Below are positions 14,547 through 28,800 of a stretch of DNA of 64,000 bases, one piece after another. The notes beneath the pieces were generated by a model. The model was not told the DNA's origin and ran no database searches. It saw nothing but the letters and a program-made list of their open reading frames with translations. The DNA lies in assembly GCA_012295275.1 (NCBI GenBank), contig CM022665.1, positions 7,502,001 through 7,566,000 on the forward strand, given 5' to 3'. Every line of letters begins with the position of its first letter. Within the stretch, counting starts at the first letter, position 1. A program made the translations under genes and the position numbers. Origin of the DNA: Chrysomallon squamiferum. Its lineage: Eukaryota > Animalia > Mollusca.

Positions 14547-17500
14547 CCTTTTACTGGATTACAGCCTGAATAATTATTAAAAGCCGTGCTGTTTATTTTT
14601 GTGTCTAAAGGATGGTGTATAATCAATTCTTAAAAGTTAAAAAAAAAACCAAAAACCATTTTTTTAAAGCAGATTTGTTTTTGTTAAGTGTGTGGTTTCG
14701 CATGTACAACAAAAATATTAAAAACTATATCAAATAAAATGTTTCCTTTTCTTTCCACGCATTATTCATTAAACCATGACCATTGTTTTTATTATAATTA
14801 TCGGGGGGGGGGGGGTGTTGCAGCTTCATTTCAGTTTAATAGAACTCGCGTGGAAATGGTTCATGGTGATATTACAGAAGAAACAACTGACTGCATTATT
14901 AACAGCAGCAATGATACTCTGGATTTAAACCTTGGTAAGATTCTTCTTTTCCTTAAATTATGATTTGAAATTTTTATAGGAACAGGAAAATATCCCTCTC
15001 CTTTTATTCTTAAAAAAATTTTTTTTTTAAATGTAGTTTATTTATTTACATTGCATCAGACATTACGTTTTTATCATATTCCACTTTTTCTCATAATTTC
15101 ATTTTCTGTGTCTTTGGCTGCAGTATTTACGCCATTTCCCATTTCACTCAGTACTCCAGAATAGATGCAGGCTATCACTGACAGAGGAATCATTACATTT
15201 CAAATTGCCCAAAATAATGGGAAAATGAAACCTTTCTCCTCCGACGATTTTGTTGAAAAGTGGTATTTATGATAACTGGGGCTAAAGAAACTGGTATTTC
15301 CATTATTAGCATGATAATAATAAACGGTTTTCGAAATACAGAGCTTGCAATATTTAAAATTTTGCCCAAAATGAATGTGACCACCAACATTCAGATGACC
15401 ATAGCTCAGCTGGTATTTCTATACAGAATTCCATTACTTTTTACTTAGAGATAATTTGAAGGGGATGACCTTTTGACCTTTGCTTTGACCTTGAAATTTA
15501 CAGGCAGACAAGAAATAAATATATTTTTAAGAATTATTATTGTGTAGAAAACATGTTGGGCTAAATATATCATGCAAAGCCATTTCAAGATCAAGTAATC
15601 CATAAGGTCAACACAAAAGTCAAAAGGTTATCACTATTTGTATTAAAAAAAAAAAGATAATAATAATATCATTTTTGGAATCCTTGTTAAATTACCTTTC
15701 TTGAAAAGCCCATTTCAGCAAAACTGAACAATTGGTTGCTGTCCTTTGAATGTTGGTAGTCACACCCATTTTTGTCAAAATATCCTAAATTGAGAAAGCT
15801 TATCTTGGAAACCATTTGTCTGATCACACCAAAAATGGAAATATTAGCTTCTTTAGTCCCAGTTATGCTAAGCATCAATTTTCAGCAAAAGTGGAGGGGT
15901 TGAGGTTTTATAATTACTTTGAAATGTATTTTTAACTATAGGGATTCAGTGATACAATAGGGTGCACATTAAAAACATTATTTGCCACTCATTGATTTGA
16001 CTATAGTTGTTTCTTCATTCAGATTATTAGTAAAACATCATGTCTGACATTTGAATTTAATAACCACTGAAACATTCATTCATTTTCTCCATTTCTCTGT
16101 TAGATAAGTAAGTATATTAATACAAAACAAATGATATCAGTTATAGTGTTTGGAAAATTATTTAATTTATACATTGTATTTCAGGCATGGTATCAAAAGT
16201 ATTGCTGAAAAAGGGAGGAGATAATCTGAAGAAGGAATGTGAAGCTGCAAGTATGTGGTATATCAAAACACCTTTTATTTCTTCTTTAAACTTGTATAAC
16301 TGGTCTCATTTTAAAAATATATCTTGTGTAATTATATTACTATTGAAATAATAAATAAATAAATTCAAAACAAAGACATATTTTAAATTTGCTTTTACAG
16401 GGGACAAAATGAAGAAAAATGGTCTTGTTTTCACAAAGTCTGGAAATTTAAGATGCAAATATATTTTGCACATTCAAGCACCTGATTCTGATATAGGATG
16501 GATCCTGATCCTCAAAAAAAGTTTTGATCAAATTGCTGGAAACACCTTTTAAGTCATTGTCCATCCCTGCCTTAGGAACAGGTATTTAGATATGATTCAT
16601 TTTTTTTTTTTTTTTTAATAAGTCATAAACAGATAAACTTCAAAAGCAAATGCTTTAGTTTGCAAGTCTGAATAAGTAAAACTGATATGTGTTTATACAG
16701 ATTTAAAATGGTAAGTACTGATATGAAGAGAAAATAAATACATAAATCAATTTTAATATAGCTGTTAATTATACTGCATAATCATATTTATTTATTTTAT
16801 GTATTTTAAAATTATTATTGTTGTTGTTGTTGTTGTTATTAAGCTGTTCAATTTAATTTTTGTTTACCAGGTGACATGCACTGCTCAGCACAAACAATGG
16901 CAGATTTGCTAGCTGAAACAATAAAGAAGGTTGCATTTTGTAACAGCACCAACCTCGAACTAATCCGTGTGGTTATCTTTGAAGAAAATCTCATTTCTGT
17001 TTTCAAACAGGCATTTTCTGATGAAGTAGATAGTCCATCTGGTTGGTGTCATCTTCCAAATTAATATATATTTGGAATGAATTACAAAATAAATGTTACC
17101 ACATAAAATGAATAAGAATTAATTATTATTGATAGGCACCAGTCATTGATTTTAATAAAGTATTAATTAGCTAGGGATCAGACAGTACCTATCATTGGGT
17201 GTTTTTTTTTTTTTACATCTAAACAACAACCAATCATTGTTCTGGTATCATTTCAGTATAGGAGAGGTTCAGTCCACTATTCTAATGAGAAACCATCAAA
17301 GTCTACATGCCTGATATGTTCATATGAGACTCATGTCTATCTCTGTATGACAATAAGCATTTATCTCATGACTAAAAGGCTGAAAACCAGATATGTCTTA
17401 CCACAAAGATAAGCTGATATCACAGAGACAGAGAGAAAAATATAAAAATATGTATATAGATAGATAGAATGGTAGATAAATACGTGTGTGTGTGTGTGTG

Positions 17501-20500
17501 TAACTTTTTAAAATAGTGTTCATAAAGTTGTTCTAGAATGAACTTAAATATGAATGGATGCATTGGATCACTCTGGATCTCATCAACATTATAGAAAACA
17601 AGAATAATACTCCTGCATGCATATGGATGAAAGAGATCAGTATTTCATCATACAACTATACATAAGGTCTACAGACATTTGAATGTGAAATGCATTTGTT
17701 TTTTGAATAAATAATGTGTGCTTACTTTTATTCCTTTATTCAGGAAATAAATATATAACAACATTAGTAACAGACAAGCCCTTTCCCCCAGAATTACCTA
17801 TTTTCCTAATGCTGTTTAACAGAAATATTAAAGTGATATGTTCATGAAAAGCAAGTCATTTGATTGGTATAAATTTTATTGTTTGCAGATTCAGATTATG
17901 GTTATTCTACATCAAAACAACACAAGACAGTTCCAGAAGAATTTCTAGATAATCAAGCAAGTACAATATACGTTTACAAAAGTACCGTATTACACATGCC
18001 TTTATTCATTTAAGTGTTTTTAAAATGAAAATAAACTAATTAGATTTAGAAATTTTATTTCGAATAAAAAAATATCAGAAAATCTCCATTTTTTGTCACT
18101 GTAGTTTGTACAGGTTATTATATATATACATAATACACATAAATATGTCCACCTACAGATATTGTGAAAATTTCAGAAAATTCCACTAATAAAAGAAGAA
18201 AAGGAATGTCTGGCGGGCAACAAAACAATTGTCCTTAAGCTGAAATCAGAGAGGTTTTTCACAAACTCTCCTCAGGAATTTCATTACAGAATTGCAGAAT
18301 CACAGTTCTACAGGAAAATTGGTTGTGTGGCTGAAATGTAAAACATTTTATTTTATTTTTTCATATTTGCCTCCCTTTGAGGACTGTGTAAAAATAAAAT
18401 AAATAAATGAATAAATAAATAAATAAAGTAACAACAAACAAATTACCTTCTAATACCAAAAACAAACCAAAAGGCTGACATTCAGACAGTCAGTCTTCAA
18501 CCTGATAAAGCTGAAATTTCCTCAAACTTCTAAACTCATTAACCAAATCATTTTAGCATGTTTAGTGGAAAAAAACAAAACATATGAACAATTTTAAATT
18601 TATTCATGATTTCAACCAATGTTTAATGTAGGAGCAGTTACAGGAAAATCGAACTTTCTGCAATACACTAATTAAACAGTTTGGGAACATGTTGATTTTC
18701 ACTTTTCAGTGTCAGTTGTCATACATAATGGGTCACAAAGAATCTACTGTCTAGCATGTAAAACAATTCTGTTTAAATGTATTTTTCTTTTCACTTCAGG
18801 TTTGATATTCATTTAGTGTACTATGTGATAAATCCTATACAGAGAAAAAAATTTAGGTAAGTCATATCCATATTTTAAATGTAAATTACAAAACAGAATT
18901 TTGCTTATATTTCATTTCATTTCAATAGCTTTAGTACTCACCAGTCATAAAAATCTATTATGTTGAATGTAAACATATTGCTGATATTAATGATTATGCT
19001 GTTTATAGAGAAGCTCAAAAACATCTGAGGTCAATCAGAGGTGAAGAAAATGCATATCCTGTTCTAGCATTTCATGGGACAACACTAGAGAGAGCTAAAA
19101 ACATCTGTGTAAAAGGATTTCTGAAACCAGGTTCCTCTTTCTGCTTCAGATTTAGAAGTGGTTTTTTGTTGTTGTTGTTTTTGTTAGTTTGTTTGTTTGT
19201 TCATTTATTATTGGGTTTTTTAAAATGTAAATCTTGTACTTTAAATTTTAAAATTTTCTGAAAATAAGATTTCGTCTCCTGATGCAGTTTATCAATCCAG
19301 CAAAATGTTTTGAGGTTCCGGTTAAGCATCAAATGCAGTTTGATATTTGGTAATTTACTAGACAAAAATTTCCATATTTGAGCAACTGAGACACAGGATT
19401 AAAAAACTGTTTAAATATTCATACAGACATTACTAACATTTTCAATTAAGAAAACACCAAAACAAATGTTAGCTACTTAATATGTGTGGTTTGCAGGTGA
19501 TGCAGGTTTCCAAAAGACAACTGATTATGGTTTCTTTGGTGCTGGTGTTTACCTTAGTGGATATGCTGGGTATTCTATGCCATATGCGTTAGAATCAAAT
19601 CCACCCGTACTGATTCTCTGTCAAGTACTTTTGGGAAAGGTATCTGTCTTTCTGTTTATCAATCTATCTGTTGATCTATCAGTTGCTATATCTGTAAAAT
19701 AGTTAATAGTTTGCCTATCCAAATAGTATGGCAAACAAAGACTTAGGGCCAAATATTGTGGCTGCTTATCATATTCACTGATATTAAATGTACATTCTAT
19801 TATCAAAAATGAAAAGTATTTTATAAAAATTGCTCAAAGCCCTTTGATCCCCAATCCTACAAATATATTACAAAGTGTGTTACAACAGTCATGCTGAATG
19901 AAATAAAAAATGAAAAAAAATCTATTATTTATATGTGGAGGATTTTTATTATTATTTGTAGTTTTGTACAAACAGCTCAAAAGTTACACAAAATATCTAC
20001 CTGTATATAAAATATATATATATAAAAATTCTTTTATTAAAACTAAAAATATGCTATTAAAAGATCAGATGCCTCTTTATGAGATAATTTGCTCATAATA
20101 GCTTGTGTAGTCCTTTAGGAGAAATAATGATAACAATAAACAAAAGTGTAGCATATCTGTGAAAATACATTTGCAGTAACAAAAGATAAAAAGCAAATCT
20201 AGAACACACACACACACACACATATATATATTTTTTTTATTAAATGCAAAGAAAATGGCAAGATAATAAGTACTTTTAATTTTTTTTTCTCTAAGCCACT
20301 CTTTTCTATATTTTTAATTGTATTCATTTTGTACAGGTTTATCAGTGCCCAGGACGTATGGATGGTCAACCAGTGAAACATGGCTATGATTCACATATTT
20401 CACCAAAAGGAAAAGAGCTGATCATTTTCAACACAGACCATATTTTACCACTCTATGTCATCCACTGTAAACAGCGACCAGAGGAACCTGTTGTCATTGA

Positions 20501-20510
20501 ACGTGAATAA
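14122..20510 (+). CDS. Compact macrodomain-PARP, paralog B, about 418 aa; one-base frameshift near 16547-16552 in this sequence
   Basis: Exons 14122-14125, 14824-14934, 16185-16250, 16401-16581, 16871-17041, 17889-17956 (probable GC donor), 18177-18337, 18800-18856, 19009-19130, 19497-19639, 20337-20510. Exon sizes 111, 66, 57 and 122 nt equal those of paralog A. Motifs GDITEET, INSSN, SIPALGTG, HYRIAESQF, LAFHGT, FGAGVYLS, GYDSH, KELIIFN. Confidence 0.8.
15194..15928. mobile_element. Foldback/MITE element with long imperfect terminal inverted repeats (intron 2 of macro-PARP B)
   Basis: Ends TACATTTCAAA / TTTGAAATGTA; 15225-15420 is the diverged reverse complement of 15700-15910 (e.g. ATAACTGGGGCTAAAGAAACTGGTATTTCCATT vs ATAACTGGGACTAAAGAAGCTAATATTTCCATT); internal TGACCTT repeats. 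Confidence 0.8.
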
Positions 20511-22896
20511 GAAACAGGCTTTGGAATAAATAACATTTTGAGACATATTTTGAATAACTGTATTAACACATGTTGGTGTTAATGTTTATTAGTCATATGT
20601 ATTTTTTTATACAATGAGATATGACCCATAATAATGACAATCTTTGCACTAGTTTATTGGTTAGCAAGGGATCTTATAGTCAGAAAAACATATAGCCTAT
20701 GATGAACCAGGAGTTTGGCACTTTCTGGAATTGTACATACCACAGCTCGCGAAAAATGACTGATTATACAGTTTTTATATTTGTAAATACAAGTTTGACC
20801 CAATTATAAACTATATAACATTAAAAATATAGCTACTGTTATAATACAGTATTTTTTTATATCCTGATTTTGAACCTTTCTTAATATGAAATGAAATGTA
20901 GTATTATTTTACCAGGTTATATTCATTTTAAAGAGATGAATAATTTTAAAAAAACAAACAAATCCAGATTGTACAGGTTGAGTAAATATATGTATGTTAA
21001 AGATAAGAAAATATTAAATGCATTCTGGAATTGATAATGTAAATGCAATGAATCTGTAGGAACTTTCAGTTTTTGCAAAGCATTTTTACATTAACAGTGA
21101 AACCACATTTTCATGCAAGAAATTTGTATATATATTGTTATAACACTGATATTCAAAATATATCTTTTGTCTGTTACCATATAATAAATGCCTCTTTTTT
21201 AACTTATGTAAAGGAGTATAATAAATAAAGCTTGTTAGTAATATTTGTAATTTTGTTTCTTGCCATTAACACAGTTCTCAAATAATTGTTTACTAGAAGC
21301 ATCATTTGTTGACAAAAAAAAAAAAAAAGGTGACTGGTAAGCAATACAGATATTTCCCCAAGTATCTCAAAATTATTTTTTCCAAAATTTCTGTACAAGC
21401 AGAGACAGATTTAATCACATGTATCATGAAGACCTACTTTTTTTTTTCCAAATAAAGTAATATTAATTCCAAGGAAACAAAACTACTTACTTGGTATCAT
21501 TTCAGTGGTTACAGTAACATATACTGTTTTATTAAACATTAACAAATACAGTGGACCTTTCAAAGACAAATGGGTTCATGGCAGTAATGCCAGTGTTAGT
21601 GAGCCATAACTTTTTTCCATTGGAATAAAGAGGAAAAGAAAATCCACACCAGAAGGCCAGTCATTTGACATTTTTATGGAAGAGAACTCACTGTCCATGC
21701 AGTAACTATAACTCCTTACTGTCTTTGCAATTAAAATGTTTGTCAAGTTTTGGGGTCTGGAACACATTAATTAAATAAATATTATTTCTTAAAAAAGTTA
21801 ACTCAAAAGTCAAACAAACTGCAAATTGAACAGCTTTTTGGAACTGATTGTGTTCAAATTTTAGGGGTCTACTGTATTCTTTAAACATTATAAGATAATT
21901 CTAAAACATTAACAAAACAAACAAGCAATCTTTGATTACATAACAATGGAGTAGTTGTTATCAACTTCATTGTTTCCATATTTTGTTTGAGTGGACTGTG
22001 TTTCATATTGTAATGTAACAGAGTTTAATTATGTTAAAGAGAAAATTAAATACTTATCTTTGTTTCTTACAGCTGTATACAACAGACAAAGAGAATACAT
22101 ACAACAGACACTGATATTGTCACTACTATTTGCACAACAAACCAGAAAGATGTTGTTTTTTTTAAAGAGAAAGGAAACTTTATTTCTGTTTATAAATATA
22201 AAAAATAAAAATCTGAGTACATAACTAAAAAGTGTAAAAACTGTCATAAAACTACTATAATAAGACTTTACAAAGGTAATTCTATAAATACATTTATCAC
22301 TCATTCTGAAAATGATAATATTATAAAATCACAATTAAATGAAACTGGGACATTGCAAAAGAAAACTTATCTTTACAGGTTTATGTACACCACAGGTTTA
22401 GAATCTGTAACTCAAATAGTAAAAGCTTAAATATTTTCAGTATCAAAATATCTGGAAATATAATATACATAATAATTATAAAAAGTCTAAGTCTGTGTGT
22501 GTGTGTGTGTGTACATTTCATGACTATACAGAAATAACGTAATTTGACTGTCCTACATTTGCATTTCTTATTTTTTTACAAGAAATACATCCAAGATATT
22601 CAGTATTAATTATATGATGTTGTTATTGCAGCAGTAACCTTTGTATCTCTACTGTTATCACATTTCATAATCTTTCAAGTTACTTCAACAAAAGTAATTA
22701 ATGAGTGAATCAATTTGACTTACGTATCATGTTGTTGCAGCTGCAGCAACACTGTCATTGACCTACTGTTAGGTTTCAGAATCATTTAAATTATTTCAAC
22801 AACAGCAATCAACAAATGAATCACCTAGTCACCTTAACCATTTACTAAATAAAAGATGCTCCATCAGTTACATGCTTTAAATGATGTGCATGGAGA

Positions 22897-25800
22897 TTAA
22901 AGTTCATCTTTTAAATCATTTGTTTCTTCCAATTTATCTGGTGTTTTCTCATCTTTGGTTTCTTCTTCAAACATATCATCTTCAAACTGTTCTATTTCAG
23001 TCATAAAGGTCTGGACTTTCTCCCAGCTCTGCAAGGAATAATATAATAAATAAGAATGAAATGCTATTTTAAAATTCAAGTCAGTATTGTTAATGTAAGA
23101 ATAATCAGTGTTCTGGTACAAACATTTCACTGTTAAAGATTCAGGTTTGTCTGAAATTTCTAACCAAATTTTTTACTTCAGCACAGTCTGCTGTTTTCAT
23201 GCCTCTAAATGTTATTTTTTGTCTACAGAGGAAATAAAAAAAAATTAATACATTCATTTCTTCTTCCATTCTTTCATTCATTTATGTATCAAACCTTGTC
23301 ATTTCCTGTTTCTGGCATCTCTTTCAGTTCTTCCATTGTGAATGTTCCATCACTGTTCAAATCTAGTGTTTCAAACAGCTGTAAATATGAGAAAAAAGTA
23401 TATATAATAAAAAGGAAAATACAGCTAATAAACATTTATAAAAATGTATAAACTTTAAAAAAAAAAAAAAAAAAAAAAAATTGGGCAATACATTATTACA
23501 TTTTTAGTCAGTTTTCTCAAATGAAATAATAAATGTGAACTGACAAACAAAACAATTTCATAAACAATCAAATTTTAATAAATGTGTGTGTGAATTTAGA
23601 AAAAGAAAATATAATAATTAAAATATCAAAAGTGCCAATTTATTACCTTTTTTACAATATCATCAAATTTTTCTTTCAAAGGCGCCTGGTCATCTGGAAA
23701 TTCTACCTAAAACAATTAGAAATTTCATAATAAATCACTACAGTTATTTTATATATATATATATTTAAAGATAAATTATCCCAATATCTAAAATAATTAG
23801 AAATTTTGTCTGCTTAAAATTCCATGATAAATCACAACAGTTATTACATACAGATATTTTACAAATAAATTAAAACTGATGTTTGTTTTCTTAAGAATGA
23901 TTTTCAATTTTTCAGCTACTAAGAGGTTTCTGCAATTAAAAAGAAGAATGAAAATTCTTATTGCTGATTAGATCAATTCTGGTCACTGAAAATGAAGTTG
24001 TTTACTAAAAGGTATCCAAGAAAATACTGACATGTATAAAAAAAAAAGAAAAAAAAAAAGAAAGAAGGTAAATAAACTGATCTTTTCACTTATTTATTTG
24101 TTCAGAAAATGAAAGTTTCAAAGAGACACAACTCAGTGTATGGTGATTTAAAATGAGATTTATTTAAAGCTGAGAGATAGTAGAATACCTTGAACTTGAG
24201 TCAGATTCATTATTGCAGTTCTTTTGAGACATTATATGCTTCAAATTATACATTTGCCAGTTTTATATATACAATTCAGTTTTAATAAACTTTGAAGAAG
24301 CTAAAAAAAAACCAAATAAAAACTGCTGAAAACATCACCACTTCTTCCAATTCATTAATTCTCTCTAACTTTGTGTACCTCAGATGTTAAAGTTTCAAAA
24401 ACAGCTAGGTTTTTTTTGTTTTTTATATATCAAAATACCTAAGAGCTGTACTTACCTTAATTGAATCAAACAAAGTCTGAATGTCCATGGTTTTAAACGT
24501 AAGTAGAATAGTTTGAAAATGATCTCTGGAAATCAGAAGCAGAATAAAATTTAAATGCATTATATTGCAAATAAACAAGTACATGATTTCTCACCTTTGT
24601 TTATTATTATGCAAAAATGTCATTACAAAAAAAACACACCAAATTTTATGTAATCTTACAGATTAATCAATATTTTAATTATAATAATAACCTACCTAAA
24701 GCAAACCAATGATGCATTCTGCAGATAAAGACAATTTGTTACTCGTGATTTATATGTCTGAAGGAAAGCAGTCAGTATACATATTTAATTTGTTTCAATA
24801 ATACTGGGTTTAATTAAATTCCAGAATAATTGTAATAAAATAAATGTATAAGAAATAAAATAATAATAAAAAAATCAATAAATATTATTTAAATGGTATA
24901 ATCAATACACTTAACCTTGTTTGTTCTAAATATGATTTAAGACCAAAAGCCTGTGTCAACAATCAGTCTTTTGTGAAATGTGTGGAATTTTTAATCACTG
25001 CCTGGTAGTCACAGGCACTTTGCAAAATAACTGATTATTGTGCATAATGACTGGCTTCACATACGGACTGTAACACACGAACACACACACACATATGTAT
25101 CTGGATTTTTTTTATACATTTCATAAAAATGTACATAGATAGATAGATATACAGACAGACAGACAGATAGATTTAGATATACAGATATATGTAGGTATGT
25201 ATTTATATTTATTTAGATGGAAATATAACACTGATTTTAAGTTTCATTATGAAATTATTTAAAATAAAAATATTTCAAACTTTGTTTCAGGAGAATAATT
25301 AGAACAGAGGTCTGTAGTTTTTTGTTTTTTTTAAATGATAGAGCAACTAACCTTATAATATCAATTGAATTGGTAATTGTGTGGAAACCATGGAACTGTA
25401 TCTGATCAACTGTGATACTGTTGTCACAAACTGAATCACAAGCATCAAGATTGATATGGTTACTGCTGTAATGATGCCACCACAAATTGACAGCCACATT
25501 ACTGTTATAAGACCTTACCTGGTGAATCCTAGAGAAATGTAAAATAAATAAGAATTAATCAAAATAATTTGTGCATTATCAGTAAAAAGGAAGAAAGGCA
25601 ATAAATGTTTTATTTAAGGTTATTTAATTTTTTACAATTCTTTAGGTATAATTTCAATTCGAGTAGTCAAAGTATATACATTCTGACAGCAAAACAAAGC
25701 AAAGGAGTTTTATTTTCTACATGAATGATGAAGAAAGAGAGAAACTTTCAGTCTCCATGTAGCTTCAGAAACTTCCCAGTTTATCATAATACTATATATT

Positions 25801-28800
25801 AGCAAATACTGAAGGCCAGAAATGAAACAGTAATTTGAAAGACTAAGAACTGAATTTAGACTACTTGGAATATCAGTGGTACACTTTAAAATTTAATTAA
25901 AAATAATTACTTACCATTTGTATGGAATAAAAAGGCAATCACCTGCTGATATATTTACATGATAATATTCCACCTCAGCTAATCCAGGATACTTGGAATA
26001 ATCCACACTAAAAATAAACATTACTGAAAACTATTTCATCAAAGTTATTTCATCATTGGATTCACCAAAGATAATTTGTCACCATAATATGTTATTGAAC
26101 AGAAGTCATTTATTTATTTATTTATTTTATTAATGTTTGAAAAAATATTTTATTAAGTACTAAAAAGATTTTTTTTTTAAATACATTATTAAGATGATTA
26201 CAGACCGACTACTTAGATTTTTTAATCAAAGTGTTCACTTCAGAATTTGTAACAGATTATTTTTTAACTTTATATTTTGAAAAAAGAAAATACAGTCAAT
26301 CTATTTTATGAACAAAATGTTGTTAATGATATAAACCTACCTGTCAACATCTACTCCGCAGTACGAACCTTCAGGATGGTCCATATTAACCTGAAAGCCA
26401 GTGTATATTAAGTTACCTTTTAATAATTTATCTAATAATGTCTTAATTTTTTATACAAGTGTATTAATATAAATTCTATTTATACCTTGATGTAATGACA
26501 GATGATAGTAGTATCTGAATTTGAAGTTGGTTAATATCACTTTCAGCATCATTTACAAATATACATGTGTATACACATACACATGCATATATACATATAC
26601 ACAATGCACATGCTATATGCTATATGTGCTAAAACAATACAAAGAGTAATTAATAATAATTTCGCATGTGAAAGTAATGTCATCAAGGGATGAAGAAAAT
26701 CTCAGTTTGCTTTATTTCCTGTCAACAAAGAATTCTAAGAATTTTGAAATAAAAGTGTTGTCAGTTAAATATATTGAAAAGATATCAATCACACAAAAAA
26801 ATAAGGTATTTGCCAAATTATATAACATTAAAAACACATTAATATTTGGATTAAAAAAAAAAAAAAAAAAAATGTTTTTCTTTTTTTCCCTCATAACTGT
26901 CAGAATTCAAGGCAGAAATTAAATTGACCTTTTCTTGATATTTTGGGTCAACCATGACAAATTCTTTTTCTCCCCGGAATAAACAGTTAATGTTATCCAC
27001 AGCATCTGTGTGAACCACAGACTTCGTACCTCCACTACTGAACCACATCATCTGAAAATATTACACACATTTTATTACTGTTGTTCTCCTCAGACAATGT
27101 AGTAATATATACTGCATTTTATTTTAAAATAAATGAAAAACACACACACACACACACATACAAAACATATTTAAAAAAAACAAAAAACATATGAAACTTC
27201 TGAGAAACCAAGACTGCAGAAATTTTACCAGGTTGTCTCAGAACAGATCAGAACAAATGGCAGAAGAGTCAGTCTGTGTCAGAATCAAGCCAAAGTGTTT
27301 TAACTTTTTTGCCCCAAGCCCATTTGTGTTTGTTTTTTGTTTTTTGTAAGATAGACATTTGATATGCCAGATATTTCTTGCACTGGACAGTTTAGAAAAT
27401 ATCACACTCCAACATATGAATTTTTGGTCATAAGTGGCTGATAAACTTTTGTTTCAAATTTAACTGATGTGTCATTATTATTAATTATTATTTATTTTTT
27501 TATATATTGACATTTAGGATTTTTACCTTTGATTTGACCATGTGGAACTAATTACCTTGAAATAAAATTAAGTTGAATTGCAGTCAAGGTCATAAAATGT
27601 ATTAAAAAAATCAAGATGCATATATACATATATATAATGTGCAATTTTTACAATGTTTAGAAAGAAATGTATTCAAAAGAAACTTACAAACATATACATT
27701 TTATAATATGTACAAATAGCCTATAAATATAAATTTTTGTACTTCCTCATTTATTATTAATAGATTTATTTCTTTTAACAATTTCGATTCTTTATACTTC
27801 CAAGATGGTTTTTTTTTTGTTTTTTCACTATTAACCAGTCTTTGCTTATGATAATGTGTACCAATAAAATAACAAATTTGTATATAAGCTGGAACTTTTT
27901 TCTTCATTATGATGTCACTGCTTAAAGAGAAAAGTGGGAATGATTAAACAATTAAAAGATTTCAGTAAACCTGTTCTTTCACAATCAGATCCTGAATAAA
28001 GTAATAATAAAATTAGTATGTATTTCCACATATGAAATTACATCACATTATAAGGATAAATCTCTGTTTATATTACAGATACACTGTTTAAGTACAAGAT
28101 GCATTTCAATCTGAAAAATATTTAATATTTTATAAAAATTAAGGAATTATAAAACTAAAATAAATTGATAAATAACAGAACTGAAAACATATTTTTGAAA
28201 CAAAATAAAATAAATTTGGCAATAATTTGTAAATTTGATTCGAGAGAAAACAAAATTCAGTCAGGAATTATGGACAGATTAATTCAAACATCTTTCACTG
28301 TGTTACAATCTAAAAGAATAATTATATTTAAAAGTTAATTTATATTTACCGCAGCAATAAAATGGTTCTCCAAAATATCAGAACACTGTAAACTGCATGG
28401 TACTAAAACATCAGGCCTAGAAGTTAAAAGTAAATATAAAGTGTTTTAAATATCCTAAAGCAAATGTACAGTTTTAAATATCCTAACACTTAAAACAAAA
28501 TTTAATTTTGGGTTGGAACAAAAAAGTTTGTAGAATTTTTCAATAGGTGGCATTTCAGCATATGTTTTACTCCAAGACTGAAATACATGACAGACTCACA
28601 CACATACATATAAAAGATGCACAAAACGACACATTTGGGTTGAATATATCTGTGTACAAATATCTAAATATTGTCTTTAAACTTCACTTTAAAAATGCTA
28701 TGAATATTTCTTCTTATCAAATATCAAATAAAAATAGGGTATTGTGCATCTCGTTTATTATTCATATTTTTATTGAAATATTTCCTTTAAAAATTTCTTC

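Noticed and set aside
15260-15878. Two similar short ORFs on opposite strands (MITGAKETGISI / ITGTKEANISI)
   Set aside because: They are the two arms of the inverted repeat, not genes.
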